NCBI GenBank assembly: GCA_965198175.1
Contig: OZ240245.1
Coordinates: 512,001-576,000 of the forward strand
Length of the DNA stretch: 64,000 nucleotides
Reading direction: 5' to 3'
Source of the DNA: Candidatus Poribacteria bacterium
GTDB taxonomy: Bacteria; Poribacteria; WGA-4E; PCPOR2b
The position numbers were made by a program, and so were the translations under genes. Positions 8,692 to 19,657 of this stretch are shown here, one piece after another; the stretch's first letter is position 1, and each line of letters begins with the position of its first letter. The notes under the pieces are model-generated. The model had not been told where the DNA came from. It saw nothing but the letters and a program-made list of their open reading frames with translations, and ran no database searches.

Positions 8692-9570
8692 ATGTTTAAT
8701 GGCAAGTCATCCTGTCGTCTGAAAAAGCGCGCATCAGGTAGCTGTCGTTTTTCTCGCCGATCGTTTATCAAGGGCGCAGCGGGATTTGCCACCTCAACGC
8801 TCGTTGTAAATCGGTTTGCGTTGTCGGGCGAAGCCTTTATGGAGTACCTTCCCTATGACTCAACACGAGACGCTCACAAAGGCTTCAGTTATGGCTGGAT
8901 TGAACACCATCATCCATCGGTCGATCCAACGGGCGAAAAATTCGTCTTTGTTCGGCTAAAATATCCGGGCGGAGACTGGCACACGAATGTTGTCGATTAC
9001 TGGCGTTGGCCCTCTGATGTCAAATTTGCGGAAAAATTGGCACAACAAACATCAATTGATGTTGAACTTCATGAACAGGCACAATATGTTTCAATTGATG
9101 ACCCTCATCTTTTCAACTATCCTTTCATTTTCATGACAGGTCACCTGGACATCCGCTTTTCGGCTGATCAAGTTCGGCAACTGCGAGAGTATCTTGAACG
9201 CGGCGGTTTTATCCACGCCGAAGATTGTGATATTCGAATTCGACATGGGGGTGGTCGCATGCGCTCGTCAATACATCGTCTGATGAAGCGTGTCTACCCA
9301 GACAAGAAATTTGAGCGTCTCGACATGAGCCATCCAATCTATCACACCCTTTATCATCACGATGACTATCTCGGTGGCGACAAGTTGATTCCGTCTGTGT
9401 GTGATTTTGATGAGGCAATCATGGTCGACGATCGCATCGTTTTCTACTTCTGTCCGAGCGATCTCAACTGTGCGTGGGAAGGTAAGGTATGTGAGCCGGG
9501 AGGCGAGGAACAACGCAGATGGGCATTTGAGCAGGGGATGAACGTCGTAGCGTATGCCCTCAGCCAGTAG
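8692..9570 (+). CDS. DUF4159-like protein with Tat signal
   Basis: SRRSFIK twin-arginine motif; YPFIFMTGH, LREYLERGGFIHAED, SDLNCAWE, GMNVVAYAL. Confidence 0.75.
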   Translation: MFNGKSSCRLKKRASGSCRFSRRSFIKGAAGFATSTLVVNRFALSGEAFMEYLPYDSTRDAHKGFSYGWIEHHHPSVDPTGEKFVFVRLKYPGGDWHTNVVDYWRWPSDVKFAEKLAQQTSIDVELHEQAQYVSIDDPHLFNYPFIFMTGHLDIRFSADQVRQLREYLERGGFIHAEDCDIRIRHGGGRMRSSIHRLMKRVYPDKKFERLDMSHPIYHTLYHHDDYLGGDKLIPSVCDFDEAIMVDDRIVFYFCPSDLNCAWEGKVCEPGGEEQRRWAFEQGMNVVAYALSQ

Positions 9571-9602
9571 GTGTGCCCGGTGTATCCGTTTAATATTGAG
9601 CG

Positions 9603-10214
9603 TTAGTTAACCGTACATTCTGCATCATAAATCCCGCTGAGAGCCGACCAAAGCGCATCGCACATTTTCTCACAGGCGCGAAAAGCAGCAGCTTGTTCCT
9701 CTGGTGAGAGTTGCTGCATTCGATGAAGCAGTTTTTCTGATTCGTGCTCATTATGAGAGTGGATTTCAAAGTAGGGTTCCACTTCATCCGGCAGTTGGTA
9801 AAACGCTTTCAACCCTTCGAGCTTAGACTGGGACGTGGCGGGCTGTTGGGCTTCAAAGGCATAAAGCGCACCCAGAGCAGTTTCAGGGTTTTCCCAAAGC
9901 GTCCGTGCGACGCCAACCAGATTTTTCACCTGCGGAAGATGGGCTTCGCCAACGTGGGTTCCTAGTCCTTGTGCAAAGCCTTCCCACAGTTCGAGATGTT
10001 CCCGTTCTTCTTGCGCAATTTCCTGTTCGTTCAATGTCTGCCAACCATCAGGTACAAGTGCGATGAAAGCCCCGTACTCACGGGCGTATGTTTGCAATGC
10101 GTCTTGGGGCAACTGACCTGCACTCCAAGCTAGATAAAAAGGATGGTTGAGCAAACTCCAATTCTCAATGATTTGACCTAAGCGTTGCTCTAAATTCATT
10201 CGATTGTTCTCCAT
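9603..10214 (-). CDS. Heme-oxygenase-like diiron protein (TenA/PqqC/CADD family)
   Basis: LLNHPFYLAWSAGQL, QEEREHLELW, GALYAFEAQQP, YFEIH; start placed at MENNR. Confidence 0.75.
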   Translation of the reverse strand: MENNRMNLEQRLGQIIENWSLLNHPFYLAWSAGQLPQDALQTYAREYGAFIALVPDGWQTLNEQEIAQEEREHLELWEGFAQGLGTHVGEAHLPQVKNLVGVARTLWENPETALGALYAFEAQQPATSQSKLEGLKAFYQLPDEVEPYFEIHSHNEHESEKLLHRMQQLSPEEQAAAFRACEKMCDALWSALSGIYDAECTVN

Positions 10215-10594
10215 TCCGAAGCCGTAAACTAAATTTGAGATTGAAAAATCCGCATGGGTACTGGTATCTGTGCATCTGGAATGTATCGTCAGAAAAAACT
10301 TCTTATACATGAGACGCAACTGATGACGTACGATTATAGCACAACCGTCTGACCTTAGTCAATACGAAGTTTAGAGCTTGACAAACAATCGTGCGATTGT
10401 CATGGGTTTTTCATCCCCATTCAGAAGTATAATGAAGGCAGAAGAAAGAAAAGATGCGGTGGAGGAAAAGCGCCATCGTACCTCTGCCTCCCTCGACGCA
10501 TCAACTGCTTTATATTCTTTTAAAATACTGGTCGAATAGGGGCGATGGTTGTGCGTGTTGAAGATATAAATAAAGATTGTAGAGAGGATACAAC

Positions 10595-11698
10595 ATGTTG
10601 GTAATTGATGGTGACTACCCTATGGCATACGGCGCCGTTGACCTGAATCGCGATCTGACCCTACCGATTAAGGAGGTTAGAGCGATGCAGCACGGATCGC
10701 CGGAACAAGAGGAGCGGCCGGCTTCTGGAGTGATGGCTTCACTACCAGAGATGCGACGCGGAAAAATTGCAGTGGCTTTAGTTAAAGTTTTGGGTCGTAT
10801 TCAGCGAGAAGGGAGTCCCATTTGGGGATACCGAAGCGGTGAGATTGCCTACGCTGCGGCTCAGGCACATTTGGCTTACTACCGGGTTCTGGAACGCAGA
10901 GGCGAAGCGCAAATTCTGAGGACCCGCCAAGACTTCAAAAAGCATATGCGAACTTGGTTAGAAGCGACTCACCATGCAGTCCTACCGATTGGCATGGTTG
11001 TCGGTATGGAAGGGACAGACCCTATTTTGTGGCCCAAACAGGTTCACGAATGGTGGGAAAGTGGACTGCGTGTCGTCAGCTTGGCTCACTACGGCGTCAG
11101 CACATACGCCCACGGAACCGGCAGGCCAGGCGGTCTGTTGCTGAAAGCTAAACCGCTCTTGCACGAAATGGAAACACTAGGGATGATTCTCGATCTGACC
11201 CATACTGCTGATGAAGCGTTCTGGCAAGCGCTTTCTCTTTTCTCTGGGTCGGTGATAGCTAGCCACCAGAACTGCCGAACGCTGGTACCCGGAGAAAGAC
11301 AGTTTTCCGACGAACAACTCAAAGCGATTCTGAAACGTGGCGCTGTTGTTGGAACATCAATGGATACTTGGATGCTCTATCCGAAAGGAGATCTGGATTG
11401 GGGCGGTCACATTCCATCCCGTCGCAGCCGCTTTCCGAGAGAAGCGGTCACCTTGGAACACGTAGCAGACCAGATTGATCATGTGTGCCAGTTGGCTGGC
11501 AATTCGGAGCAAGCTGCCATCGGTGGGGATACCGATGGACAGGGCGGAAAGGACGGAGCGCCATACGAAATTGACACCGTTGCTGATTATCAGAAGGTAG
11601 CAGCGGTTCTTGAAAAACGTGGATATGATTCGGAAGCCATCACCAATGTGATGTACCGCAACTGGCAGCGATTTTATGAAAAGTGGTTGCCTGCGTAA
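10595..11698 (+). CDS. Membrane dipeptidase (M19) family
   Basis: GMEG, MILDLTH, IASHQNCR, IDHVCQLAG, IGGDTDG. Confidence 0.85.
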   Translation: MLVIDGDYPMAYGAVDLNRDLTLPIKEVRAMQHGSPEQEERPASGVMASLPEMRRGKIAVALVKVLGRIQREGSPIWGYRSGEIAYAAAQAHLAYYRVLERRGEAQILRTRQDFKKHMRTWLEATHHAVLPIGMVVGMEGTDPILWPKQVHEWWESGLRVVSLAHYGVSTYAHGTGRPGGLLLKAKPLLHEMETLGMILDLTHTADEAFWQALSLFSGSVIASHQNCRTLVPGERQFSDEQLKAILKRGAVVGTSMDTWMLYPKGDLDWGGHIPSRRSRFPREAVTLEHVADQIDHVCQLAGNSEQAAIGGDTDGQGGKDGAPYEIDTVADYQKVAAVLEKRGYDSEAITNVMYRNWQRFYEKWLPA

Positions 11699-11908
11699 GA
11701 TGCCGTGAACATTTGTTCATCTGCAAAAGGGGATATTGCTCTGTCAACCGTATCTTGAAGTAGATAATACTTTAGGTTGGAAAGCCGATGAGAGATTACA
11801 AAGAAGAGCAACGGATTTTTCTGATGAGACCGTGAAACGCACCATGACGTATTCACGTTTTATGAAGTATGATTGTCGAATTATCTGTCAATTGAAGGAG
11901 GAAACCCG

Positions 11909-14900
11909 TTGCATCTCAATCAGATTAAAATAAGTAGTTTCAAGAGTTTTGCCGAGGAGACGGAATTAATACTTGAGCCGGGTGTCACTGTCGTAGTGGG
12001 GCCAAACGGCTGTGGTAAAAGCAACGTATCCGACGCCATCCGCTGGGTGCTTGGTGAGCAGAGTGCGCGTGCGCTTCGCTGCGCCAATATGCAGGACATC
12101 ATTTTCAACGGCGGCGCGAATTTCAAGCCAGCGCCAAAGACGCATGTTTCTCTGCGTTTCACCAACGTCGATGGAAAACTCGCACTCGAATCTCCGGAGA
12201 TTGAGGTTCGTCGTCAATTGGCACGAAGTGGCGAGAGTGATTATTTTATCAATCAGAGTTCCTGCCTGCTGCGAGATATCACGGAACTCTTTATGGATAC
12301 CGGCGTCGGTGTTGATGCTTACTCCATAATGGAACAGGCTAAGATTGATCTCATCCTCAATAACCGTCCAGAAGAACGTCGCTTTCTGTTTGATGAAGTT
12401 GCGGGTATCACCAAATATAAGCGCCGCAAAAAAGCCGCGATCAAAAAACTGGAAGACACAGAACAAAATCTCGTGCGAATCAATGATATCATTCACGAAT
12501 TGCAGCGTGAAACCGAATCGCTCAAACGGCAAGCGCAACAAGCTGTGAGTTATCAACAACTGCACGACCAGTTGAAACAGTTAGAATTGGAACTGAATTG
12601 TAGGGAGCACGGACGCTTTGTCAAGGAATTGACCGAAACGCAACTGAGCTTGGATGAAATCTTGAATCTGACGGCGGGAGCAAATGCGACAATCCAAATG
12701 ACCGAGGGACAAATTGAAGACGCAACGGTGAAACGGTCTGAATTAGAAGTTACTATTCGCGATGCACAAGAGGTTGTGCGTCAATTCATGAGTGAGATTG
12801 AGCAGACGGAGCGGCAGATTGCGCTTTACAAGGAGCGACAGTTAAATATACAACAGCAGCGCCAGCGTGCGATTCAAGCGATTGAATCTTTGGAAAAACA
12901 GCACGCTGAACTCGAAACCCAAAAGGGTGAACGCGAGCGGGAACGCACGCAGATTGATGTTACCCTTAAGCTGGAAGAAAGCCGCCTGACAGCACGACGC
13001 CGGGTTCTAGGAGAACTCACTACACGAGTAGATGATGCTGAACAGACAGTGAACACAACAAAAGAGCAGTTGCTTGAAACGAGCACCCAGGTTTCCCAAG
13101 CGGAGGCACAGTTCACTTCACTCGAAGGCAAACTGGCATATTCCACGGACAATTTGAATCGGGTCGTTGAGAACTCAAGGACGTTGCACACTGAACTGGA
13201 TGCCGCAAAGGAAGCACATTCAAAAGCACAGAGACGTGAGCAGCAGTTAGCAGCGGACCAAATTCGCCTCGACACTGAAAAACAAAACGCGGAAGACGAA
13301 CTGCAACATCATCAGGATGAACTTCGGAAGCTGGAATTTGAGATGCGTGGGTTTCAGGATTCGCTTGGCATGAGCGTTTCGCGCCTCAAATCATTGCAGG
13401 AATTACAAGCCGCTCACGAAGGTTATTATACGGGCGTCCGAGCTATTCTAAAAGCCAGAGAGGTACATCCCGATCGGTTCGGTGGAGTTTGCGGAGTCAT
13501 CGCGGAATTGATTCGTACAGCCCCAGACTACGAATTAGCCATGGAAGTAGCGTTGGGCAGCGCCATCCAAAACGTCGTTACAGAAACTGCCGAGGATGCC
13601 CAAGCGGGAATTGCATTTCTCAAGGAGACACGGGCAGGTCGAGTGACATTCCTGCCGTTGGACATTTTGCGTACCCGTTCCTTCCGGGACAACAACCTGC
13701 TCCATCAAGCCGGCGTAATCGGTCTAGCATCCGAACTGCTGGATTATGACCCCAAATATGCGGTCGCGGTTCAGCAACTGTTGGGGAATACAGTCGTCAT
13801 TGAAAATCTCGACAGGGCAATACAATTGACGAGGAGTTTCCGTCCAAACGCCCGCCTCGTCACGTTAGAAGGAGAATTGATCAATACATCTGGCGCAGTC
13901 ACAGGTGGCTCCAGCAATCATCAAACTAGTGGTCTGCTCAGTCGCCCTAGAGAGTTGGAAGATTTACAGGAGCGAATCAATCAACTGACGGGAGTTGTCA
14001 ACGAAAAAGACGCTAAACGCAAAGGCCATGTCAAGATGTTAGCGCAACTCCAGCAGACTCGACAAACACTCATCACGAAACAGCATGATAACCATATCGA
14101 TCGTACAAGCCTGACAAAGGATTTGGAACAACTCCATGACAAAATTACGCAACTCAAACACCAACTGACCGATGCTGAAACGGAAGGTGCGAATCTTCAT
14201 CAAGAAACTGAGAAAGTCAAAGCAGATCGGGAGACCCTTCAAATCCAACTGGCGGAAGCCCAGAAAACACAACAAACACTGCGACGGCGGATTGAACGGC
14301 TATCGGAGCAGATTCAAGTCGAGTGTAAAAAGCGAGATGAAGTGTCGGAATCGTGTCAGGAACTTGAAATCAGTTTAGCGGGCAAGCGTGAGAGATTACA
14401 GGGTCTCGGCAGTGAACTCACAACGCTTCAGAAAAATCAGGTGCAAATCCGCGAGAGTATCGGCGAGCATCAAGAAATTATCGACTCGGACAATCAGACG
14501 CAACAAAATCTCTCCCAACAGATTGACGAAGCTCAACGCCAATTTCTCCGATCGGAGGGACGGAAATTTGAAGCCGAAGAGTGTGTGAGCCAACTAGAGT
14601 CAGAACGTGACGGCTTAATCGAACAAATCTCTGAGGCACAGAAGCTGATGCGCAGAACGAGGAGGGAATTTGATAAACATAACCGCATGCGGCATCACTT
14701 GGAGGTAACAACTACGCAATTGGAGATGCAACTGAAGGCAATCTCCACGCGCATTCAAGAAAAGTATCAGGTGTCCATCGATCAGATTGAAATCGAAGAA
14801 AATCAAGCCAGCGATCTCGAGTTGATGGACGGAATCGAGACGCTAAAAGTTCAGATTGAGAACATGGGTTCCGTCAACCTCGTGGCGATTGAAGAGTATC

Positions 14901-15460
14901 AAGAGCACAAAAAACGCGAGGACTTTCTTGCGGAGCAGCGGGAAGATTTGCAGAAATCGCTCGAGTCGACCTATCAAGCGATTCAAAAGATTAACCAAAC
15001 CTCACGGGACGCCTTTCTCCAAACCTTCGAACAGATTCGCTCAAACTTCCAGGCTGTGTTCGAGGAACTCTTCAACGGCGGGGAGACGGAATTGCGCTTA
15101 ACGGACGAGTCCGATGTGTTGGAGGCTGGGATTGATATTATTGCCTGTCCACCGGGGAAACGTCCCCAAAGTATCACGCAACTGTCCGGCGGTGAACGGT
15201 CACTCGTTGCTATCGCCCTGCTGTTCGCCATCTTTAAAATCAAGCCAAGTCCCTTCTGTGTTCTTGATGAAGTTGATGCCGCGCTAGATGAAGCGAACGT
15301 ACTCCGCTTTACCAACCTCATTCGGAAATACGCTGAACAGACACAACTCATCATTATCACCCACAACAAACGAACGATGGAGATTGCCGATACGATGTAT
15401 GGCGTGACGATGGAGCAGGCGGGTGTGTCAAAAATTGTTTCGGCGAAGTTTAGCGGATAG
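11909..15460 (+). CDS. smc: Chromosome segregation protein SMC
   Basis: FKSF, Walker [10 protein letters not shown], hinge [25 protein letters not shown] start after AAGGAGG. Confidence 0.97.
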   Translation: MHLNQIKISSFKSFAEETELILEPGVTVVVGPNGCGKSNVSDAIRWVLGEQSARALRCANMQDIIFNGGANFKPAPKTHVSLRFTNVDGKLALESPEIEVRRQLARSGESDYFINQSSCLLRDITELFMDTGVGVDAYSIMEQAKIDLILNNRPEERRFLFDEVAGITKYKRRKKAAIKKLEDTEQNLVRINDIIHELQRETESLKRQAQQAVSYQQLHDQLKQLELELNCREHGRFVKELTETQLSLDEILNLTAGANATIQMTEGQIEDATVKRSELEVTIRDAQEVVRQFMSEIEQTERQIALYKERQLNIQQQRQRAIQAIESLEKQHAELETQKGERERERTQIDVTLKLEESRLTARRRVLGELTTRVDDAEQTVNTTKEQLLETSTQVSQAEAQFTSLEGKLAYSTDNLNRVVENSRTLHTELDAAKEAHSKAQRREQQLAADQIRLDTEKQNAEDELQHHQDELRKLEFEMRGFQDSLGMSVSRLKSLQELQAAHEGYYTGVRAILKAREVHPDRFGGVCGVIAELIRTAPDYELAMEVALGSAIQNVVTETAEDAQAGIAFLKETRAGRVTFLPLDILRTRSFRDNNLLHQAGVIGLASELLDYDPKYAVAVQQLLGNTVVIENLDRAIQLTRSFRPNARLVTLEGELINTSGAVTGGSSNHQTSGLLSRPRELEDLQERINQLTGVVNEKDAKRKGHVKMLAQLQQTRQTLITKQHDNHIDRTSLTKDLEQLHDKITQLKHQLTDAETEGANLHQETEKVKADRETLQIQLAEAQKTQQTLRRRIERLSEQIQVECKKRDEVSESCQELEISLAGKRERLQGLGSELTTLQKNQVQIRESIGEHQEIIDSDNQTQQNLSQQIDEAQRQFLRSEGRKFEAEECVSQLESERDGLIEQISEAQKLMRRTRREFDKHNRMRHHLEVTTTQLEMQLKAISTRIQEKYQVSIDQIEIEENQASDLELMDGIETLKVQIENMGSVNLVAIEEYQEHKKREDFLAEQREDLQKSLESTYQAIQKINQTSRDAFLQTFEQIRSNFQAVFEELFNGGETELRLTDESDVLEAGIDIIACPPGKRPQSITQLSGGERSLVAIALLFAIFKIKPSPFCVLDEVDAALDEANVLRFTNLIRKYAEQTQLIIITHNKRTMEIADTMYGVTMEQAGVSKIVSAKFSG

Positions 15461-15700
15461 GACGTTCTTGTATATGAACCATTTCGCTCTAATCAATTTC
15501 GAACGAAATTCAGTTCATCTACTTCTTCTTAGGTGCCCCATGAAATATTCGCTAACACTGAACAAGTTAAATGTCTCAGGTCGCATCGGCAGGGAGACGG
15601 TTAGTGTGTTGTTCAAATGGAAAGGTTCACTTGCTAGCTTCCCGCGCTGTAGTCCGACTTGTGAGAAGGCTGGTCTATCCAACATCAAGGAGGGAACATC

Positions 15701-16357
15701 ATGAAAATTAGATTCGTTCATCTTGCGGCGCTTCTGACGTTCTGTATCTTGCTGGTCGGTTGTGGGCCCGCACCTCGGAGGATGTACATCCCGAGCGCAT
15801 CAACTTCAGGAGCTGGAAATTCCGTACCGAGAACTGCCCCGGCATCGGCAAGCACGTCATTACCGCGGACAGCAGAAGTAGAGTCTGCACGGCTGCCGTT
15901 GCTAAAAACTATTTTCAGGAACCTACCCATCTATTACAGCATTGAAGATTTCTACACAAGGACAAAAAGACAAGACGACCATCTCAGCTTAGTATCGAAT
16001 TGCGATTTGGATATCTTGAAGGCGTTTATTGCGGCAGGCTGGGCGCCTGTAGTGTTGTTACAGTATGGAGGCGATGTGCTGCAGTTCTGGGCTGTGGTTG
16101 GATTCGACGACGGCGATGAGCAAATCCAACTAGCAAATATAGCGAGAGCGCCTTCAGGAACGAGCGATCTAAAGCGTCTTAGGTTAAGGCGTTTTACCTA
16201 TTTGGATTTTGTCAGGGCGTGGTCGAAAAGGTGGTCTAGAAGAAAATGTATGCTTGTTGCACCAGGGTTAGCATTCACGGAGGCAAAGGTGCGTTCCATC
16301 TTGGCGAAGTATCTCACCGCAACTCAAGCCTCTCAAGTCAAGGTTAAAAGCCGATAA
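15701..16357 (+). CDS. Hypothetical lipoprotein
   Basis: RBS GGAGG; lipobox LVGC. Confidence 0.7.
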   Translation: MKIRFVHLAALLTFCILLVGCGPAPRRMYIPSASTSGAGNSVPRTAPASASTSLPRTAEVESARLPLLKTIFRNLPIYYSIEDFYTRTKRQDDHLSLVSNCDLDILKAFIAAGWAPVVLLQYGGDVLQFWAVVGFDDGDEQIQLANIARAPSGTSDLKRLRLRRFTYLDFVRAWSKRWSRRKCMLVAPGLAFTEAKVRSILAKYLTATQASQVKVKSR

Positions 16358-16514
16358 TTAGGGGTTTGGCACCTCTGTTTTCTCCTAAAGCCGTAGGAAA
16401 TACCCTCAACTGATTTAGACGATTACACAGTGGTTCGCGAATCCTTCTGAATACATTGCCTCTGTCCGCGGTGAGCTGAATTTTCGCTTGTGTCTATAAC
16501 ATTCTGCTGTCAAT

Positions 16515-17996
16515 TTACACGCCAGCCATTTGTGCTTGAAGTGGGTCCAACTGACCCTCGGTTGGCTCCGCTCAGCAGTACCACGGCTCGGTTATTCGCG
16601 GCACTTGGATTCGACTGGGCTGGCAGGTACGCTGTGCGGGACCGGGACGTGACTCACCTCGCATTTTTGCAGCAAGCGCCCACACCCTGTAAAAGATATC
16701 TACTTCGTCCTTACCCGCTTGTAAATCCCGTTCTACCAACGAACTGACAATTTTATGGAGTTCATCCATGCGGAAATCGGGGTGAGTCCATTTATAGCTA
16801 AAAGATGCATGGTTGAGCATTCCAAGATGAGGCTTCATAGCAGTGCATTCAAGCAGAATGGAGCCGGGCGGAATCAGCAGCCGAATCGCGTATTGTACCG
16901 GAGCTACATGGTCAATGAGACTGTGTTTTTGGAGAAATTCCAGCACCTTGATGTAGTCGTCCAAGGTAGTCCACGGTGTGAACATGACCCAAGTCGGACG
17001 AAGTGCAATGCCAGTGTCTTGGACAATCTTGAGTGCCTCAACGACATCTTCTCGCCTGTGACCTTTATCCAAAATCTTGAGCACGGTGACGCTAAGTGAC
17101 TCCACTGCGGAGATTACAAACAAGCAGCCTGACGCCGCCAGTTCGGGGAATATCTTGCGGTGCTCTAGAATATGCTCGATTTTGGCAGTAAAGTCGAAAG
17201 TGAGTTGCGGGAATTCCGCATGCATCGCACGGATAATACGCAGCGAGTGTGTTGGACCGTTTAAGAAGTCGGGGTCCCCAAAAGTCAGATGGGTTGCCCC
17301 GGCGCTGACCTGCCTTCGGATGTCCTCAAGTACGATTTCCCGTGGAATTACAAAAAAGCGTCCGTCGTAGACCGGCGGAATTGGACAATGCGTGCAGAGA
17401 TGTACGCAGCCCCGACTTGTCTCAACGTAACCGGCTACGCGGTGATTACCATTGTGCTCCAAATGAGCATACTTTTCAAGCGGCGGCAGTGTGTTACGGT
17501 TTGGGATAGCGAAAGATAATCGTCGGAGGAAAGGACGTGCTTTTTTGCCGGGTTGAACAACACCCTCCACCGGAGAGGCGAGTGTTAAGTGGGGGGTGAT
17601 GTCTCGTGATTGCAATTCAATCGCTTCGACGAGCGCGGTGAGAGGTCCCTCGAACTCACCGCCGATACAAAAGTCCACACCGTGTTCCAGCAGGTATTCT
17701 GCGTTCAGAACCGCGTAAAGACCATAGAGGCAGATAGTCACCTCTGGATTGATTTTTCGAATGCGTCGCACGACATGGACACCCAGCCGCAAAGCAGTGT
17801 GCATCGGCACTGAGATGCCGATGAATCGAGCTCGCTCAATCTTCGCTGTGTCGAATGCCTCAACCGCAATGTCCATCGACTCGGGTGCAAAACCGGCATC
17901 TTCCAAAATTCCTAGCGGCAGACTAATTCCGTGTGGTTGGTGTCCAAGTTCGTAACAGGAGATTAGCAAGATCGCGCCTGGTGACCGTATGCTCAT
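16515..17996 (-). CDS. CUAEP-tail B12-binding radical SAM selenoprotein (Sec at TGA 16572-16574)
   Basis: CYELGHQP N-terminus, CVHLCTHC motif; reading through TGA gives EPWYC-U-AEPTEGQLDPLQAQMAGV*. Confidence 0.85.
16543..16557 (-). promoter_or_regulatory. Candidate SECIS hairpin
   Basis: GGGTC-AGTTG-GACCC beginning 14 nt after the UGA; alternative CCAAC/GTTGG pairing. Confidence 0.5.
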
Positions 17997-18570
17997 TTGA
18001 ACTCTCTCTTCTACCATTTTCGTCTCATGCCAGGGTTTATTATTACGTACGCTATTACTACTCCGAGTTTTTCAGCTATCGCTCCGTTGGTGTCGGATGT
18101 TGGGTATTTTAGGAGTGCGACCGAACCTCCTCTTTCATACATGGCGGAAATCTGCCAAAAGTGAATAAGGTCGCACAGCGTCCTACTTAGGCACCCAAGC
18201 ATACTTTAATTATAACATAGATTTTGTGAACGCCAGGCGAAAAGTGGCGAGCATCTCGATAAAATCGTAACTAATCCTAGGTAAAATGGATGTAGATGCC
18301 AAACTCACGCCATGGGTACTCTTGCTCGTCTGCTTCTGTATAATCAAGTGCGGTGTGATGGCTATCCTAGCGGAGTATTTAGTGCCCTCGTCGTCGAGCA
18401 CAGTTTCCTGAACCCGCACAACCATCGTTTCCACGACTCTAGTCCTTTTGCTTACTGCACGCGTAGCGTTGAAACGCATTCTGAAAGAATTCCTCCCACA
18501 CGATAACACGTTTTCTTGGACAACATCTTGCAAAGTTGTAGCGTTTTCTCATTTGAAAAGTGGTGCTATT

Positions 18571-19437
18571 TCACCTACTAAAACAACCGTCAATCAGGGC
18601 GTATGCAACGCCATCCCCATTTTCAATTTTATACTTATCACACAGGTTAGGGATGACTTCGTTGTGGGCATCTAGTAGGTAAAAAGCGAAGTGTTTACAC
18701 AACCCCAGGTCAGCTTCGCTTTGAGAGTCATTTGTGTCGAGATTACCATCCCAAAGGGTTTTGAAGTTTTCATGATTTATCCATTTACCTGATAACCAAT
18801 TCCCCGTGATTTCTCTTATAGCAGATTCAGGTATTTTTATCTGAGTATCAGCATGCTCAGTTTCAACAGTCTCCTCAGTTCTTACTTCTGAGGTATCAAA
18901 CGCTTCACAATCTGGATTGAAATAGAAATAATTATCAATGGTGTAAAAGCATAACTGTACAAGGGCTTTTGCTTTACATACTTTGATACCTAAGTTTATC
19001 TCTTTTGAGATGTGTTTGTAGACAAACGGATGGGTCTTTTTATCGGTGGGCTTGTCTATCTTGACGAATACTTTCAGCCCCCTACCACTGAGCGAGACGA
19101 TTATGGCATAAACATAGGGTAATTGTGATAATTGATGTTTGAAATGGTCAACAGCATCGCCCAAGTTGTCGTAGTCTAAACAAACTATTAGGCTGTGTGG
19201 ATCGGGAGATTCGCTGTTTCTAAACTTCAATACACCAGAAGGGATAACCGCTGGAATCAAACGTTCTCGGGTTTCTCTGTATGTCTCTTTATCTTCTGGG
19301 GGTATGTCCCGAACTAATCGGATGCGGTCTTTAATTTTAACTGAGAATCGTTGGGCTATAATCGCGTAAAGGAGGGTTTTGTGGGCAAGGTTTGTATCAC
19401 GTACAGATGTAAGAGTTGAAACTTTTGGTGTATACAT
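18571..19437 (-). CDS. BT4734/VirE-N-type primase-polymerase-like protein, probably C-terminally truncated
   Basis: LIPAVIPSG, IVCLDYD, SLSGRGLKVFV, LCF; SQSEADLGLC helical motif near the end. Confidence 0.6.
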   Translation of the reverse strand: MYTPKVSTLTSVRDTNLAHKTLLYAIIAQRFSVKIKDRIRLVRDIPPEDKETYRETRERLIPAVIPSGVLKFRNSESPDPHSLIVCLDYDNLGDAVDHFKHQLSQLPYVYAIIVSLSGRGLKVFVKIDKPTDKKTHPFVYKHISKEINLGIKVCKAKALVQLCFYTIDNYFYFNPDCEAFDTSEVRTEETVETEHADTQIKIPESAIREITGNWLSGKWINHENFKTLWDGNLDTNDSQSEADLGLCKHFAFYLLDAHNEVIPNLCDKYKIENGDGVAYALIDGCFSR

Positions 19438-19657
19438 TTTATCACTCCCCCTACTTTCGTACTCCCTTTGGATTTTTAAAAGAGAGAGTCAAGGCAGGCT
19501 TCTCAAACCCACCTCAACCCTGAGAATTTTAATTTTGTGGGGAGCACAAAATGTAAGTAAACTATGTCAAGTGAAGCGTAAAATGTTCGGTTTATTTGCC
19601 TAAAATCGCTCAGGGTGCTTTCGTTTAGTCTCTTGAGTATCAAAACCCATTTGATAT

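Noticed and set aside
10215..10400. TPP riboswitch upstream of the TenA/CADD-like gene
   Set aside because: No CTGAGA...CCTGA..GnnAT.C..GCG.AGGGA consensus found
11920..15369. Many antisense and alternate-frame ORFs inside smc and other long genes
   Set aside because: Shadow ORFs without RBS or recognisable motifs
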